DNA from: Gemmatimonas sp.
GTDB lineage: Bacteria; Gemmatimonadota; Gemmatimonadetes; Gemmatimonadales; Gemmatimonadaceae
Reading direction: 5' to 3'
DNA length: 64,000 nt
Assembly: GCA_965279375.1 (NCBI GenBank)
Contig: OZ257156.1
Coordinates: forward strand, 5,024,001 to 5,088,000
Shown: positions 1-11,045 of the stretch, one piece after another
Layout: every line of letters begins with the position of its first letter
Numbering within the stretch: the first letter of the stretch is position 1
Program-made: the position numbers and the translations under genes
The notes under the pieces: model-generated
Told to the model about the DNA's origin: nothing
The model's database searches: none
The model's input: only the letters and a program-made list of their open reading frames with translations

Positions 1-52
1 TGGCGACATACCGGGCCGATCTCGCCGACTGACACCACGCTGACCGCGGCGC

Positions 53-1051
53 TCACCAAGGCGCTCGCGGCGGTCGGCTCGCCGTAGCCGCTCGCGCGAG
101 CGCCAGCGCCGTATCGAGCGCCGAGATCGCGTCGGTCGCAACATGCGGCTGCACGCCGACCTGCTCCCACTCCGCGCCGGTCACTGCGTCTGAGACTCGG
201 GTCGTCGACACCGAGAGTTCGAAGCCGTTGCCGATGGGCACCAGCGCATTCATGTGTCCGGCGCCTGCCGTTCGCTCACCCACCAGCGTCGCCCGCCCCT
301 TGTTGCGCAGTACGAACGCAAATTCCTCCGCAGCCGACGCGGAGCGGCGACTGGTGAGGACATAGAGTGGCACCGTCGGCCGACGCGGACCCGGCACGTT
401 GGCGACGCTCGTCAGCGTCGTGTCGGAGCCATCGCGTCGGTCGCGAATGCGGATGGTCGGCACGGGCTTCGCGCCCAGAAAGTGACTGAAGAGCAGATGA
501 CTCATCTCGCCACTTCCACCCCCGTTGCGACGCAGGTCGATGATGATCGCGCGCGTGCGCTCGAGCGTGCGCAGGGCGTCGGCGATCGCGTCACGCGAGC
601 CCGGCCCCTCGTCGAACGCTGCGATCTCGAGATAGCCGATCTCCCCCTCCAGCACCTCGACTTTCCGTAAGCCGAAGCTTGCGGAGCGCGGTCTAGGCTG
701 GGTGGGTTCGCCGGACGACTGCGCGGACGGCACCGCGCGAGAACGCAGCGCCAGATGCTTGTCCTGATTGATCGTTCGAAGGTCAGCGGTGATCGCGTCC
801 GCGAAGCGCTGCCGATTGGTGAGCGTGTCGTAGGCCTTGGCCCGCTCGCGCTGCGTGAGCACCGCCGCGATGCGCCGGCCCGTGTCCACGTCCACGTACG
901 CCCGACGCAGCACCGCACGTACCGAATCGAGCGCCGCGGCCCGCATCGGCGCCGTCAGCTCGCCTTGGCTCTCCTGCGCCGGCGACAGCGCGGCGGACAG
1001 CAGCGACGCCACGGCGAGCATCAGCGCGGAAGAAATGCGAGAGACGTTCAC
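53..1051 (-). CDS. S41 family peptidase (secreted, IRBP/tail-specific protease-like)
   Basis: Signal peptide, then IIIDLRRNGGG, SASAAEEF and GERTAG motifs typical of S41. Confidence 0.88.
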   Translation of the reverse strand: MNVSRISSALMLAVASLLSAALSPAQESQGELTAPMRAAALDSVRAVLRRAYVDVDTGRRIAAVLTQRERAKAYDTLTNRQRFADAITADLRTINQDKHLALRSRAVPSAQSSGEPTQPRPRSASFGLRKVEVLEGEIGYLEIAAFDEGPGSRDAIADALRTLERTRAIIIDLRRNGGGSGEMSHLLFSHFLGAKPVPTIRIRDRRDGSDTTLTSVANVPGPRRPTVPLYVLTSRRSASAAEEFAFVLRNKGRATLVGERTAGAGHMNALVPIGNGFELSVSTTRVSDAVTGAEWEQVGVQPHVATDAISALDTALALARAATASRPPRAPW

Positions 1052-1082
1052 GTCGGGCTCCTCGGACCGAGGGGGATAGGTC

Positions 1083-1107
1083 GACGGCGCAAGTCACCGC
1101 CGGTTCC
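1083..1107 (-). promoter_or_regulatory. Candidate ECF-sigma promoter for the S41 peptidase
   Basis: Minus strand reads GGAAC-N16-CGTC about 30 nt upstream of the GTG start, which has a GAGGAG Shine-Dalgarno. Confidence 0.4.
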
Positions 1108-1205
1108 CACTCTCAGTACCTTCTGGGCGCGCATCGGTTGCTCGCCCCAAACGCGCTTGGGGCCGAGCACCGACCGCCTGCTGCGTCCGAGGCACGCCGG
1201 AAGAC

Positions 1206-1242
1206 AAAAGCGCCACACCGACCGAAGTCGTTGTGGCGCTTT
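1206..1242 (-). terminator. Intrinsic terminator downstream of tRNA-Gln
   Basis: Inverted repeat AAAGCGCCACA...TGTGGCGCTTT, ending in a T-run on the minus strand. Confidence 0.75.
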
Positions 1243-1245
1243 GCA

Positions 1246-1318
1246 TTGCCCCTCTAGGGGTCGAACCTAGAACCTTCCGAGTCAGAGTCGGACGCTCTGC
1301 CAGTTGAGCTAAGGGGCA
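1246..1318 (-). tRNA. tRNA-Gln (anticodon CTG)
   Basis: Reverse complement TGCCCCTTAGCTCAACTGGCAGAGCG-TCCGA-CTCTGAC-TCGGA-AGGTTCTAGGTTCGACCCCTAGAGGGGCAA folds as a cloverleaf with U1-A72; CCA not encoded. Confidence 0.95.
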
Positions 1319-1466
1319 TCTGGCTTCGCCAACACCAACCCCATGCTCCGGGGCCGCTATCGGCGAGCCGCAAGATATAGGGGGCTACGCCCTGGGCGGT
1401 AGTGCCTGAACCGTCCTGCGGCGCCGCGCGCTGGCCGACCCTGGTTGGCCGGCCAGTCCCTTGCCC

Positions 1467-3188
<1,722 letters not shown>

Positions 3189-3277
3189 GGCGGAGGCTGG
3201 TGATGAGTGAGTGACGTAAGCTAACCCGCCACGGCTGACTTCCGGCACGGGCCGCGCCTCCGCGTGTACGTTCTGGC

Positions 3278-4612
3278 ATGCCCCACGCCGCGCGACCGCG
3301 CATCACGCCCCTGCGACGCCTGCACACGACTCGCACACTCGGCGTCGCCCTCGCTGCGGCGCTGCTGCTCGTCTCCGGCTGCAAAGCCGTCACGCTAGCC
3401 TACGGCCCCGACCTCGCGTCGGCCCGCGCCAACGCCGACGCCATTCTTGCGTCCGTCGAGGCACGCTTCACCCGCGTGGTGCGCACGCCGCGCTTCAGCC
3501 ACGCGCGCACCCGCATCGCGCGCTACGCGTTGGCTCCGTCCAAGTTGGCCAACGACACGTCGCTCTGGACGGGCATGCGCTCTACGCCCACCGGCTCTGA
3601 CCGAGAGCTGGAGCTCGCCGCCGGCCTGGTGAACGGGCAGTTCAGCTTTGCCGACCGCCCGCGCGTGCCACTCCCTACACGCATCGGCGACCAGCGGCAC
3701 TTCATCCGCCTGTCGCAGCTCAACAACGACGACGACTGGATCTGGCGCACCGAGGTGGACCAGGCCATCGGCGCCATGCCCCCCGCGCGCGCGGCGGACA
3801 TCTTCCGCGCGCTGTTCGCCGCCGCCGAACGACCGGCCGCCGCCATGCGCGCCGACTATCGCGCGGCGTTTCCGCGCACCGCGGTGGCGATGGGGCGCAT
3901 GTTCTCGGTGGACTCCATCCACACCACCGCCATCGCCGACGGGTCCACACTGGTCGCGCTACACATCCTCGTCCACGCCGACAGTCTCCAACCCTCGCTT
4001 CCCCTGTTCGCCAAGTACGTGGCCAAGTACGTCGAGCCGGCCAGCTACCGCTATCGACTCAGCGACCGGCAGGGGTCGGACTGGTTCGATGCGCAGGCCT
4101 CGAAAAAGCGCCTGATCATCCGCTTCCGCTCACGAAATGGCGAGCTGCAGCCGCTGCTCGGCGCCGCCCGCCGCATGCCGGATACCCTGCAGCTCAACAC
4201 CGACCTGATGGCCAAGCTGGGCTTCTTCACGGTAGGGGTGACCGGGATGCAGGGCGAGTTCGTGCACCTGACCTCGGCCGCCGAACGCGGCTGGGCGCTT
4301 CGCTTTACCAAGGAGCCGGAGTGGCATCTGCCGCTCTTCACCGAGCGGATGCTGCACACCCCACTCAAGCGGCCGTTCGAGGGGAACGGGCTGCTCGTGC
4401 GACTCTCGCTCCGCACCGGCCCGCAGGGGCAGACCCTGCTGGCCCGGCAGTTCGACGTGGCCGTGCGTGAGAGCGCGATCATGCGCTTCCTCGGGAACCT
4501 GGGCTTTGGCGCGATGGACGACTACCAGGGCGCCGTGGAGCTCGAGGAGCAGCGGTTCATCGCCGAGGCCTTTGCGGCGATGCGCGCCGACATCGCGGCG
4601 ACCGTCCGATAG
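3278..4612 (+). CDS. Hypothetical lipoprotein
   Basis: 444-aa ORF with coding-like codon usage; signal peptide ending LLVSGC (lipobox). Confidence 0.75.
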   Translation: MPHAARPRITPLRRLHTTRTLGVALAAALLLVSGCKAVTLAYGPDLASARANADAILASVEARFTRVVRTPRFSHARTRIARYALAPSKLANDTSLWTGMRSTPTGSDRELELAAGLVNGQFSFADRPRVPLPTRIGDQRHFIRLSQLNNDDDWIWRTEVDQAIGAMPPARAADIFRALFAAAERPAAAMRADYRAAFPRTAVAMGRMFSVDSIHTTAIADGSTLVALHILVHADSLQPSLPLFAKYVAKYVEPASYRYRLSDRQGSDWFDAQASKKRLIIRFRSRNGELQPLLGAARRMPDTLQLNTDLMAKLGFFTVGVTGMQGEFVHLTSAAERGWALRFTKEPEWHLPLFTERMLHTPLKRPFEGNGLLVRLSLRTGPQGQTLLARQFDVAVRESAIMRFLGNLGFGAMDDYQGAVELEEQRFIAEAFAAMRADIAATVR

Positions 4613-4626
4613 CGCGACCGCTGGGC

Positions 4627-4661
4627 AAAAAAAGCCCCCCGGAGACTGGGTCTCCGGGGGG
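4627..4661 (-). terminator. Intrinsic terminator, minus strand
   Basis: Perfect hairpin CCCCCCGGAGAC-TGG-GTCTCCGGGGGG with A7 on its left (U7 on the minus strand). Confidence 0.8.
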
Positions 4662-4840
4662 AACGAGGTGCCACGCACGCTGTCATTGGAACTCTCCGTC
4701 CTACCGATCAGCGGCGGGCCTTGCTCATCTACACGTTAGTACGATCGTGGTTCCCGGTGGGTCACAAACTCACCGGCTGCCGTCACAGAACCGTGCAGGA
4801 ACCTGCAACATCCTTCACCACACCACCCAACAAACTGCTA

Positions 4841-4913
4841 TGGAGCTGAGGGGGCTCGAACCCCTGACCTCTGCAATGCGAATGCAGCGCTCTCCCAGCT
4901 GAGCTACAGCCCC
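4841..4913 (-). tRNA. tRNA-Ala (anticodon CGC)
   Basis: Reverse complement GGGGCTGTAGCTCAGCTGGGAGAGCG-CTGCA-TTCGCAT-TGCAG-AGGTCAGGGGTTCGAGCCCCCTCAGCTCCA; has the G3-U70 Ala identity pair. Confidence 0.96.
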
Positions 4914-5117
4914 GATATCGGAACGACCTCTGTCCCGGTGAAACGGAAAGCCCCGCACCTGAAGCGCGGGGCTGTTCCGGTAACGAGCGGAAGGTAGCCC
5001 GGAGCCGCCCCAAGTCAAGGCGGGAACGTGATCGGCCCTCTGCGACGCTTAGGCTACACTCCTGCGAACCGTGTTCGAACTGTCTCGCATTCGCGCGTTG
5101 TCCCCTGCTCCGTTCTC

Positions 5118-6602
5118 GTGCCGCATCCGCTCGCTTCCGACTACGTCCGCGACCAACTCGTCCCCCGCACCGTCGACCTCAACGGCAAGACGTACCACGC
5201 CGACGGCGAGTACGTGCTGTACTGGATGCAGTCCTCGCACCGTCTGGACGAGAACTGGGGGCTCCGCGCCGCGATCCGCACGGCCAATCGGGTCAACCGC
5301 CCGCTGGTGATCCATCAGGGACTCGATCCCACCTACCCGCACGCCTCCGACCGGCACCACTCGTTCATCCTGCAGGGGGCACGCGATACCGCGCGCCGCG
5401 CTGAATCGCTGGGGCTACACTATCAGTTCGTGCTGCGCCGCAGGCGCGACGACGACCGCCGAGTGCTCGACCGGCTGGCCGCGCGAGCCTATGTGGTCTT
5501 TACCGATCTCTTCCCAACCGCCGGCATTCGAGAACGCACCGCGCGCTTCGCCGATCGCGTGAACTGTCGCGTGCTGGCGGTGGACAGTGTGTGCACCGTG
5601 CCAAGCGGGACGTTCACCAAGCCCGAATACGCCGCGCGCACCATTCGCCCGAAGATCGCCAAGCTGTTGGACAATGCGATCGAGCCCGTCGAAGAGGGCA
5701 CGCCGAAGGTATCGGTGAGCGAGGCGCTGCGCGCGTCGTTGCGCGAAACGATTGGTGAGTCGCTGGGCGTGGTACCGCTCGCACTGACACAGATGACCGA
5801 TGCAGACATCGCGCGTGAAGTGTCGGCATGCGAGATCGATCATACGGTACCTGCAGTATCGATGCGCGGCGGCACCGATGCCGCAGAGCAGCGGCTGGAT
5901 ACGTTCGTGCGCGACACGCTTCCCGCGTACGCCGATCGTCGCAACGAGGCCAGCGATGCGCTCGGCACGAGTGTACTCTCACCGTATCTGCACTACGGCA
6001 TGCTTCCCTCGGCGCGTGTGGTGCGCGACGCGCGGGCGGCCGGCGTGAAGGCGGAGCATCTGGACGCGTTCGTGCAGCAAGTGACCACGTGGCGCGAGCT
6101 GTCGTATAACTGGTGCGTGCGCACGCCGGCGTTCGATCAACTGTCGTCGTTGCCGGAATGGATTCGCAAGACGATGGCCGAACATGCACCCGATCCGCGG
6201 TCCGTGCTGTACGACTTGCCCACGGTGGAGGCAGCAGAGACACACGACGCGATGTGGAACGCCGCGCAGCGACAGCTCGTGCGCACTGGGTTGATTCACA
6301 ACTATCCGCGCATGCTCTGGGGCAAGACGATGTTGCTCTGGACGCGCGACTACGAGCAGGCGCGTGCGTGGCTCTTTCACCTCAACGACAAATACGCGCT
6401 CGATGGTCGTGACCCCAACAGCGTGGGCGGCATCATGTGGTGTCTCGGCTTGTGGGATCGTCCATGGGGCAACAAGCCGATCTGGGGTGGACTGCGGCCC
6501 ATGGTGACGTCGCGCGCGAAGCTCAAGTTCGACGTGAAGAAGTACATCGCGATGAATGCGCTGTCGGGGCGGGATGATGGAGCGTTGACGCTGGGGGTGT
6601 AG
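5118..6602 (+). CDS. phr: Deoxyribodipyrimidine photolyase, class II CPD type
   Basis: VLYWMQ, SVLSPYLHYG, HNYPRMLWGK and NDKYALDGRDPNSVGGIMWC.G..DRPW (class II C-terminal signature); start uncertain. Confidence 0.9.
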   Translation: MPHPLASDYVRDQLVPRTVDLNGKTYHADGEYVLYWMQSSHRLDENWGLRAAIRTANRVNRPLVIHQGLDPTYPHASDRHHSFILQGARDTARRAESLGLHYQFVLRRRRDDDRRVLDRLAARAYVVFTDLFPTAGIRERTARFADRVNCRVLAVDSVCTVPSGTFTKPEYAARTIRPKIAKLLDNAIEPVEEGTPKVSVSEALRASLRETIGESLGVVPLALTQMTDADIAREVSACEIDHTVPAVSMRGGTDAAEQRLDTFVRDTLPAYADRRNEASDALGTSVLSPYLHYGMLPSARVVRDARAAGVKAEHLDAFVQQVTTWRELSYNWCVRTPAFDQLSSLPEWIRKTMAEHAPDPRSVLYDLPTVEAAETHDAMWNAAQRQLVRTGLIHNYPRMLWGKTMLLWTRDYEQARAWLFHLNDKYALDGRDPNSVGGIMWCLGLWDRPWGNKPIWGGLRPMVTSRAKLKFDVKKYIAMNALSGRDDGALTLGV

Positions 6603-6647
6603 CGCAGCCTGTTGCGCCACGCGCCTCGCTCGTGCGAAGATGTCCGC

Positions 6648-7649
6648 ATGACACCTCCGACGACCCGACCTACGCCCGACCCGCGCATTCTCCCCGACGT
6701 CTCTGCGGTACGTGTAGCGGCACGACGCCTGACCGGCGTGCTGGAGCCCTCGCGGCTGATCCGCGCCAACGCGCTGTCCGACGCCTTGGGCGTGGAGGTG
6801 TTCTACAAGTGCGAGTTCGAGAACCCCACGGGCTCGTTCAAAGTGCGCGGTGCGTACAACGTGCTGGCGTCGATGACGCCTGCGGAGCGCGCCAACGGCG
6901 TGGTCGCATCGAGCGCGGGCAATCACGGGCTGGGTGTGGCGTACGCCGCTAAGGCCTTTGGCGCGCCGGCGGTGCTGTACGTGCCGAGTACCGCGCCCCA
7001 GGTCAAGAAGGACGGCATTGCCGCGTTAGGCACAAAGGTCAACGACGAGCAGCCCGACTACGACGCGGCGATGGTGGTGGCCAAGGCCCATGCCGAGACG
7101 CACGGCGTGCGCTACATCAATCCGTGTCTCGGCGTGGACCTGTTGGCCGGCCAGGGCACCGTCGCGCTGGAACTGCTCGAACAATGCCCTGACATGCGCA
7201 CCGTGGTGATCTGCACGGGCGGCGGCGGACTGCTGGGCGGCATGGGTGTGGTGCTACGCGAGCTCGCGCCGCAGGTGCGCATCGTGGGCGCGCAGAGCGT
7301 GGAAACGGCAGCGATGAGCAAGAGTGTCGCCGCGGGGCACGTGGTGCCCATTCCGTCCACGCCAACGCTGGCCGACGGACTGGCGGGACTCATCGATGAA
7401 GACGGCCTGCACATCGGCCAGTACTGCGCTGACGAGATGGTGCTCGTGACCGAGGAAGAGCTGGGCGAGACGATCGCGTGGCTGTGGCGCACCGACGGAT
7501 TTCGCATCGAGGGTGCGGGTGCCGTGACTGTCGCGGCGTTGCGACACGGCAAGATCGCCAACGCGGCAGGACCGATCGTACTGCTGGTGAGCGGGCGGAA
7601 TATCGACGCAGCAAAGCATGCAGCGTTACTGGAGACATATCCGGAGTAG
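6648..7649 (+). CDS. PLP-dependent threonine/serine dehydratase family protein (no ACT domain)
   Basis: KCEFENPTGSFKVRGA, SSAGNHG, GGGGL and SGRN motifs. Confidence 0.88.
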   Translation: MTPPTTRPTPDPRILPDVSAVRVAARRLTGVLEPSRLIRANALSDALGVEVFYKCEFENPTGSFKVRGAYNVLASMTPAERANGVVASSAGNHGLGVAYAAKAFGAPAVLYVPSTAPQVKKDGIAALGTKVNDEQPDYDAAMVVAKAHAETHGVRYINPCLGVDLLAGQGTVALELLEQCPDMRTVVICTGGGGLLGGMGVVLRELAPQVRIVGAQSVETAAMSKSVAAGHVVPIPSTPTLADGLAGLIDEDGLHIGQYCADEMVLVTEEELGETIAWLWRTDGFRIEGAGAVTVAALRHGKIANAAGPIVLLVSGRNIDAAKHAALLETYPE

Positions 7650-7652
7650 ACG

Positions 7653-8141
7653 ATGACCAAGAGCTCGACCATCGAGGTGCGACGACTCGGCCGCGCCGAT
7701 GTCCCGCTCGCACGACACGCACTCGCGCTTATCGCCGACGTATTCGAAGAGCCGACCGATGCGCTGTCTGACGCCTACTTGGCGTCATTACTCATGCGGC
7801 CCGAGTTCTGGCTCGTCGTTGCGATCCAGAATGGCGCGCCCATCGGCGGCGTGACTGCGCACGTCCTGCCCATGACGCGCAGCGAGTCAACCGAATTGTT
7901 CATTTACGACCTTGCCGTACATCCGCTACATCAGCGCCGTGGAGTAGGTCGGTCCCTGATCGAGAAGCTGAGAGCCGAGGCTGCCGCTGACAGCATCGGC
8001 GTGGCGTTCGTCCCTGCCGACAACGACGATGAGCATGCGCTCGCGTTCTATCGCTCGCTCGGCGCGTCTGCCAGCCCCGTCACGATCTTCACGTTCGATG
8101 AGGGACAGAGCGACATCGCGAGGGACGCACTGACGGTTTAA
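7653..8141 (+). CDS. GNAT N-acetyltransferase, AAC(3)-I-like
   Basis: ELFIYDLAVHPLHQRRGVG (motif A) and FVPADNDDEHALAFYRSLG. Confidence 0.8.
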   Translation: MTKSSTIEVRRLGRADVPLARHALALIADVFEEPTDALSDAYLASLLMRPEFWLVVAIQNGAPIGGVTAHVLPMTRSESTELFIYDLAVHPLHQRRGVGRSLIEKLRAEAAADSIGVAFVPADNDDEHALAFYRSLGASASPVTIFTFDEGQSDIARDALTV

Positions 8142-8347
8142 CCCAATGTTTCGCGACGGCACCGCTTGACCTGACGACATCGATCGAGGACAAGCGGCGG
8201 CACGGACGACGAGAGATAGAGAGAGACGTGACGTGGATGAGACATACTCCCGGCACGTACGTGACGGCGCGGGGAGGTATTGGCTCGTCTTGCTGCGTCT
8301 CGGATTTCGACGACTCTCCTTCCACACGCCGACAATAGGGTGCCTCA

Positions 8348-10972
8348 GTGACTCGTAGGACTCTCTCCGCCGTATCAGCCGCGTTCGCCCTCGTGCTGCT
8401 CGCGAGCTGCGCACCGAACGACAATGCCACTGGTCCCGCGGCGCTGGCACGCAATGCCGACGGTAGCCTTCATATCGCGTCGATGGGTGCGGCCGATATC
8501 AAGGTGAACGAAGTCGAATCAAATGGCGGGACACCGGGAGACTGGGTCGAGTTGTACAACACCGGCAGCGCGCCGGTGGACCTGAGCGGCTACAAGTTCC
8601 TCGACAACGACAATACGCACGTTCCGTATACGATCCCGGCGAACACCATCGTTCAGCCCGGTGGCTTCCTGGTGCTCGAAGAGGCGCAGTTCGGCTTCGG
8701 GCTTGGCGCGGCAGACCAGGCGCGTCTTCTGGAACCCGATGGCACGACCTTGGTTGACAGCTACTCGTGGACCTCGCATTCCACACTGACCTACGGCCGC
8801 TGCCCTGATGGCACCGGCGCCTGGGCCACCACGACGATCTCTACCAAGGGCGCGGCGAACGACTGCAGCGTCCTCATCAAGATCAACGAAATCGAGTCGC
8901 AGAACGGCGTGCCGGGCGACTGGATCGAGCTCTACAATCCGTCGGCGTCGGCCGTTGATATCGGCGGCTATGTCTTCCGTGACAACAGTGCCACTGGCTA
9001 CGTGATTCCTGCGGGAACCACGATTCCCGCCAACGGCTACTTCGTTATCGAGGAGGCCGTGCTGTCGTTCGGCATTGGCGCGCCGGATGAAGCCCGCCTG
9101 TTCCGCCCCGACGGCACCACACTGGTGGACAGCTACGCCTGGTCGGCGCACGCGGCGACCTCGTATGGTCGCTGCCCGGATGGCACCGGCGGATTCACCA
9201 CGACAGCGGCCCCGACGAAGGGTGCGGTCAACAACTGCGCGTCGCCGTCCACCAGCATCAAGGTCAACGAAGTCGAGTCGAACGGCGGCCTGCCCGGCGA
9301 CTGGGTTGAGCTCTACAACACGGGCGCGGCGGCAGTGGACCTCGGCGGCTACGAGTTCCGCGACAACGATAACTCTCGGTTGCCGTACATCATTCCGGCG
9401 AACACGGTGATCCAGCCGGGTGGATTCCTCGTGCTCGACGAGGCGCAGTTCGGTTTTGGGCTTGGCGCGGGTGATCAGGCGCGACTCTTCGCTCCGGGCG
9501 GCGGCACGCTGGTGGATAGCTATACCTGGACCGCTCACGCGACGACCACGTACGCGCGCTGCCCCGACGGCACTGGCGCGTTCCAGACGGCCACGACGTC
9601 CACCAAGGGCACGGCCAACGATTGCGGCGCTGCGGTGCGCATCAACGAAGTCGAGTCGAACGGCGGCACGCCTGGCGATTGGGTCGAGCTGTACAACGCC
9701 GGCAGCTCCGCGGTTGACCTGACCGGCTTCGTGCTCCGCGACAACAACAACGCCTCCACCTACGTGCTCCCGTCGGGGTCCACGATCGCGGCTGGCGCGT
9801 ACCTCGTGCTGGACGAAGCGCAGTTCGTCTTCGGCCTAGGCGGTGCCGATGCGGCCCGCCTCTTCCAGCCGGACGGCGCTACGCTGGTGGACAGCTATAC
9901 CTGGGCGGCACACGCCACGACGACCTACGGCCGTTGCCCGAACGGGAACGGGCCGTTCGTCACGACCTCCGCTGCCACGAAGGGCGCCGCAAATGCGTGC
10001 CCCGGCGCCATCGTCTACTCGGCGTGGCCCGGCGCGCAGACGATCAGCACGGCCGATGCCGGAGCGGTTTTTGGCGGAAACATGAGCGGCCTGTTCTATC
10101 AACCGCTGAACGGATTGCCGACTGGAATCGTCTGGGCAGTGAAGAATGGTCCGGGCACGCTGTATCGCCTCACGCTCGTGAACGGCGTCTGGACTCCGCG
10201 CGCGGCGCGCACCTGGACGAACGGCAAGGCGCTTCGTTATCCCAACGGTTCCGGTGACGTGGATGCCGAGGGCGTCACGGGCGTCGGCACGTCGATCTAT
10301 GTGGCGGCGGAACGCAACAACGCGGCGAACTCCATCAGCCGCAACAGCATCCTTCGTTTCAGCGTCGCCACCGAAACCGGTCCGGTCCTCGTGGCCAACC
10401 TCGAGTGGAACCTGACCCCGGACCTCCCGGCCAACGGCGCCAATCTCGGTTTGGAAGCCATCACTCGCATCCCCGACAGCTTCCTCGTCGCACAGGGCTT
10501 TTTTGACGAGAGCAAGGGGCGCGCGTACAACCCGGCGGACTATCCGAACAACGGCGGCGGCGTGTTCTTCGTCGGCGTCGAGGCCGACGGCAACATCTAC
10601 GCCTACGCGCTCGATCATACCAACGGCAGCTACACGCGCGTTGCGACGTTCTCCAGCGGCTATTCCGGCATCATGGACATTTCCTTTGATACCGAGCTCG
10701 GACACATGTGGGCCATTTGCGACAACACGTGCATCGGTCGTTCGGCGGTGCTGAAGATCGACACGCAGGCGGCCTCGCCGCTGCGCGGTCGCTTCGTGGT
10801 GTCACAGCGCTTCGACCGCCCGACGGGCATGCCGGACCTCAACAACGAAGGCTTCACCTACGGACCGCTCGCAGAGTGCGTGAATGGCCTGCGTCCGGCG
10901 CTGTGGGCCGATGACAGTGAGACCGGTGGGTTCGCGCTCCGGCGCGGCCTGATGACCTGCTCGCCGTTCTAG
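8348..10972 (+). CDS. Lipoprotein with four lamin-tail domains and a C-terminal beta-propeller-like (SdiA-regulated/phytase-like) domain
   Basis: Lipobox LLASC; four INEVES...DWVELYN...VDL.GY repeats; C-terminal MSGL, DAEGV, GLEAI and NNEG motifs. Confidence 0.85.
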   Translation: MTRRTLSAVSAAFALVLLASCAPNDNATGPAALARNADGSLHIASMGAADIKVNEVESNGGTPGDWVELYNTGSAPVDLSGYKFLDNDNTHVPYTIPANTIVQPGGFLVLEEAQFGFGLGAADQARLLEPDGTTLVDSYSWTSHSTLTYGRCPDGTGAWATTTISTKGAANDCSVLIKINEIESQNGVPGDWIELYNPSASAVDIGGYVFRDNSATGYVIPAGTTIPANGYFVIEEAVLSFGIGAPDEARLFRPDGTTLVDSYAWSAHAATSYGRCPDGTGGFTTTAAPTKGAVNNCASPSTSIKVNEVESNGGLPGDWVELYNTGAAAVDLGGYEFRDNDNSRLPYIIPANTVIQPGGFLVLDEAQFGFGLGAGDQARLFAPGGGTLVDSYTWTAHATTTYARCPDGTGAFQTATTSTKGTANDCGAAVRINEVESNGGTPGDWVELYNAGSSAVDLTGFVLRDNNNASTYVLPSGSTIAAGAYLVLDEAQFVFGLGGADAARLFQPDGATLVDSYTWAAHATTTYGRCPNGNGPFVTTSAATKGAANACPGAIVYSAWPGAQTISTADAGAVFGGNMSGLFYQPLNGLPTGIVWAVKNGPGTLYRLTLVNGVWTPRAARTWTNGKALRYPNGSGDVDAEGVTGVGTSIYVAAERNNAANSISRNSILRFSVATETGPVLVANLEWNLTPDLPANGANLGLEAITRIPDSFLVAQGFFDESKGRAYNPADYPNNGGGVFFVGVEADGNIYAYALDHTNGSYTRVATFSSGYSGIMDISFDTELGHMWAICDNTCIGRSAVLKIDTQAASPLRGRFVVSQRFDRPTGMPDLNNEGFTYGPLAECVNGLRPALWADDSETGGFALRRGLMTCSPF
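8501..10000 (+). repeat. Four intragenic tandem repeats of about 380 bp (lamin-tail domains)
   Basis: Units start at 8501, 8879, 9260 and 9638 with conserved AACGAA(G/A)TCGA; each ends RCP.G...TKG..N.C. Confidence 0.9.
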
Positions 10973-11045
10973 TCTGTCCCGCACTCGACCCAACTCTCTC
11001 GGCGTTCGTTCCACTTCATTCGACCAGGTGCACTTGCTCATGCGC

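Noticed and set aside
8501..10000. Regularly spaced DNA repeats as a possible CRISPR array
   Set aside because: Units are about 380 bp, in frame and diverge at synonymous sites; no cas genes are present.
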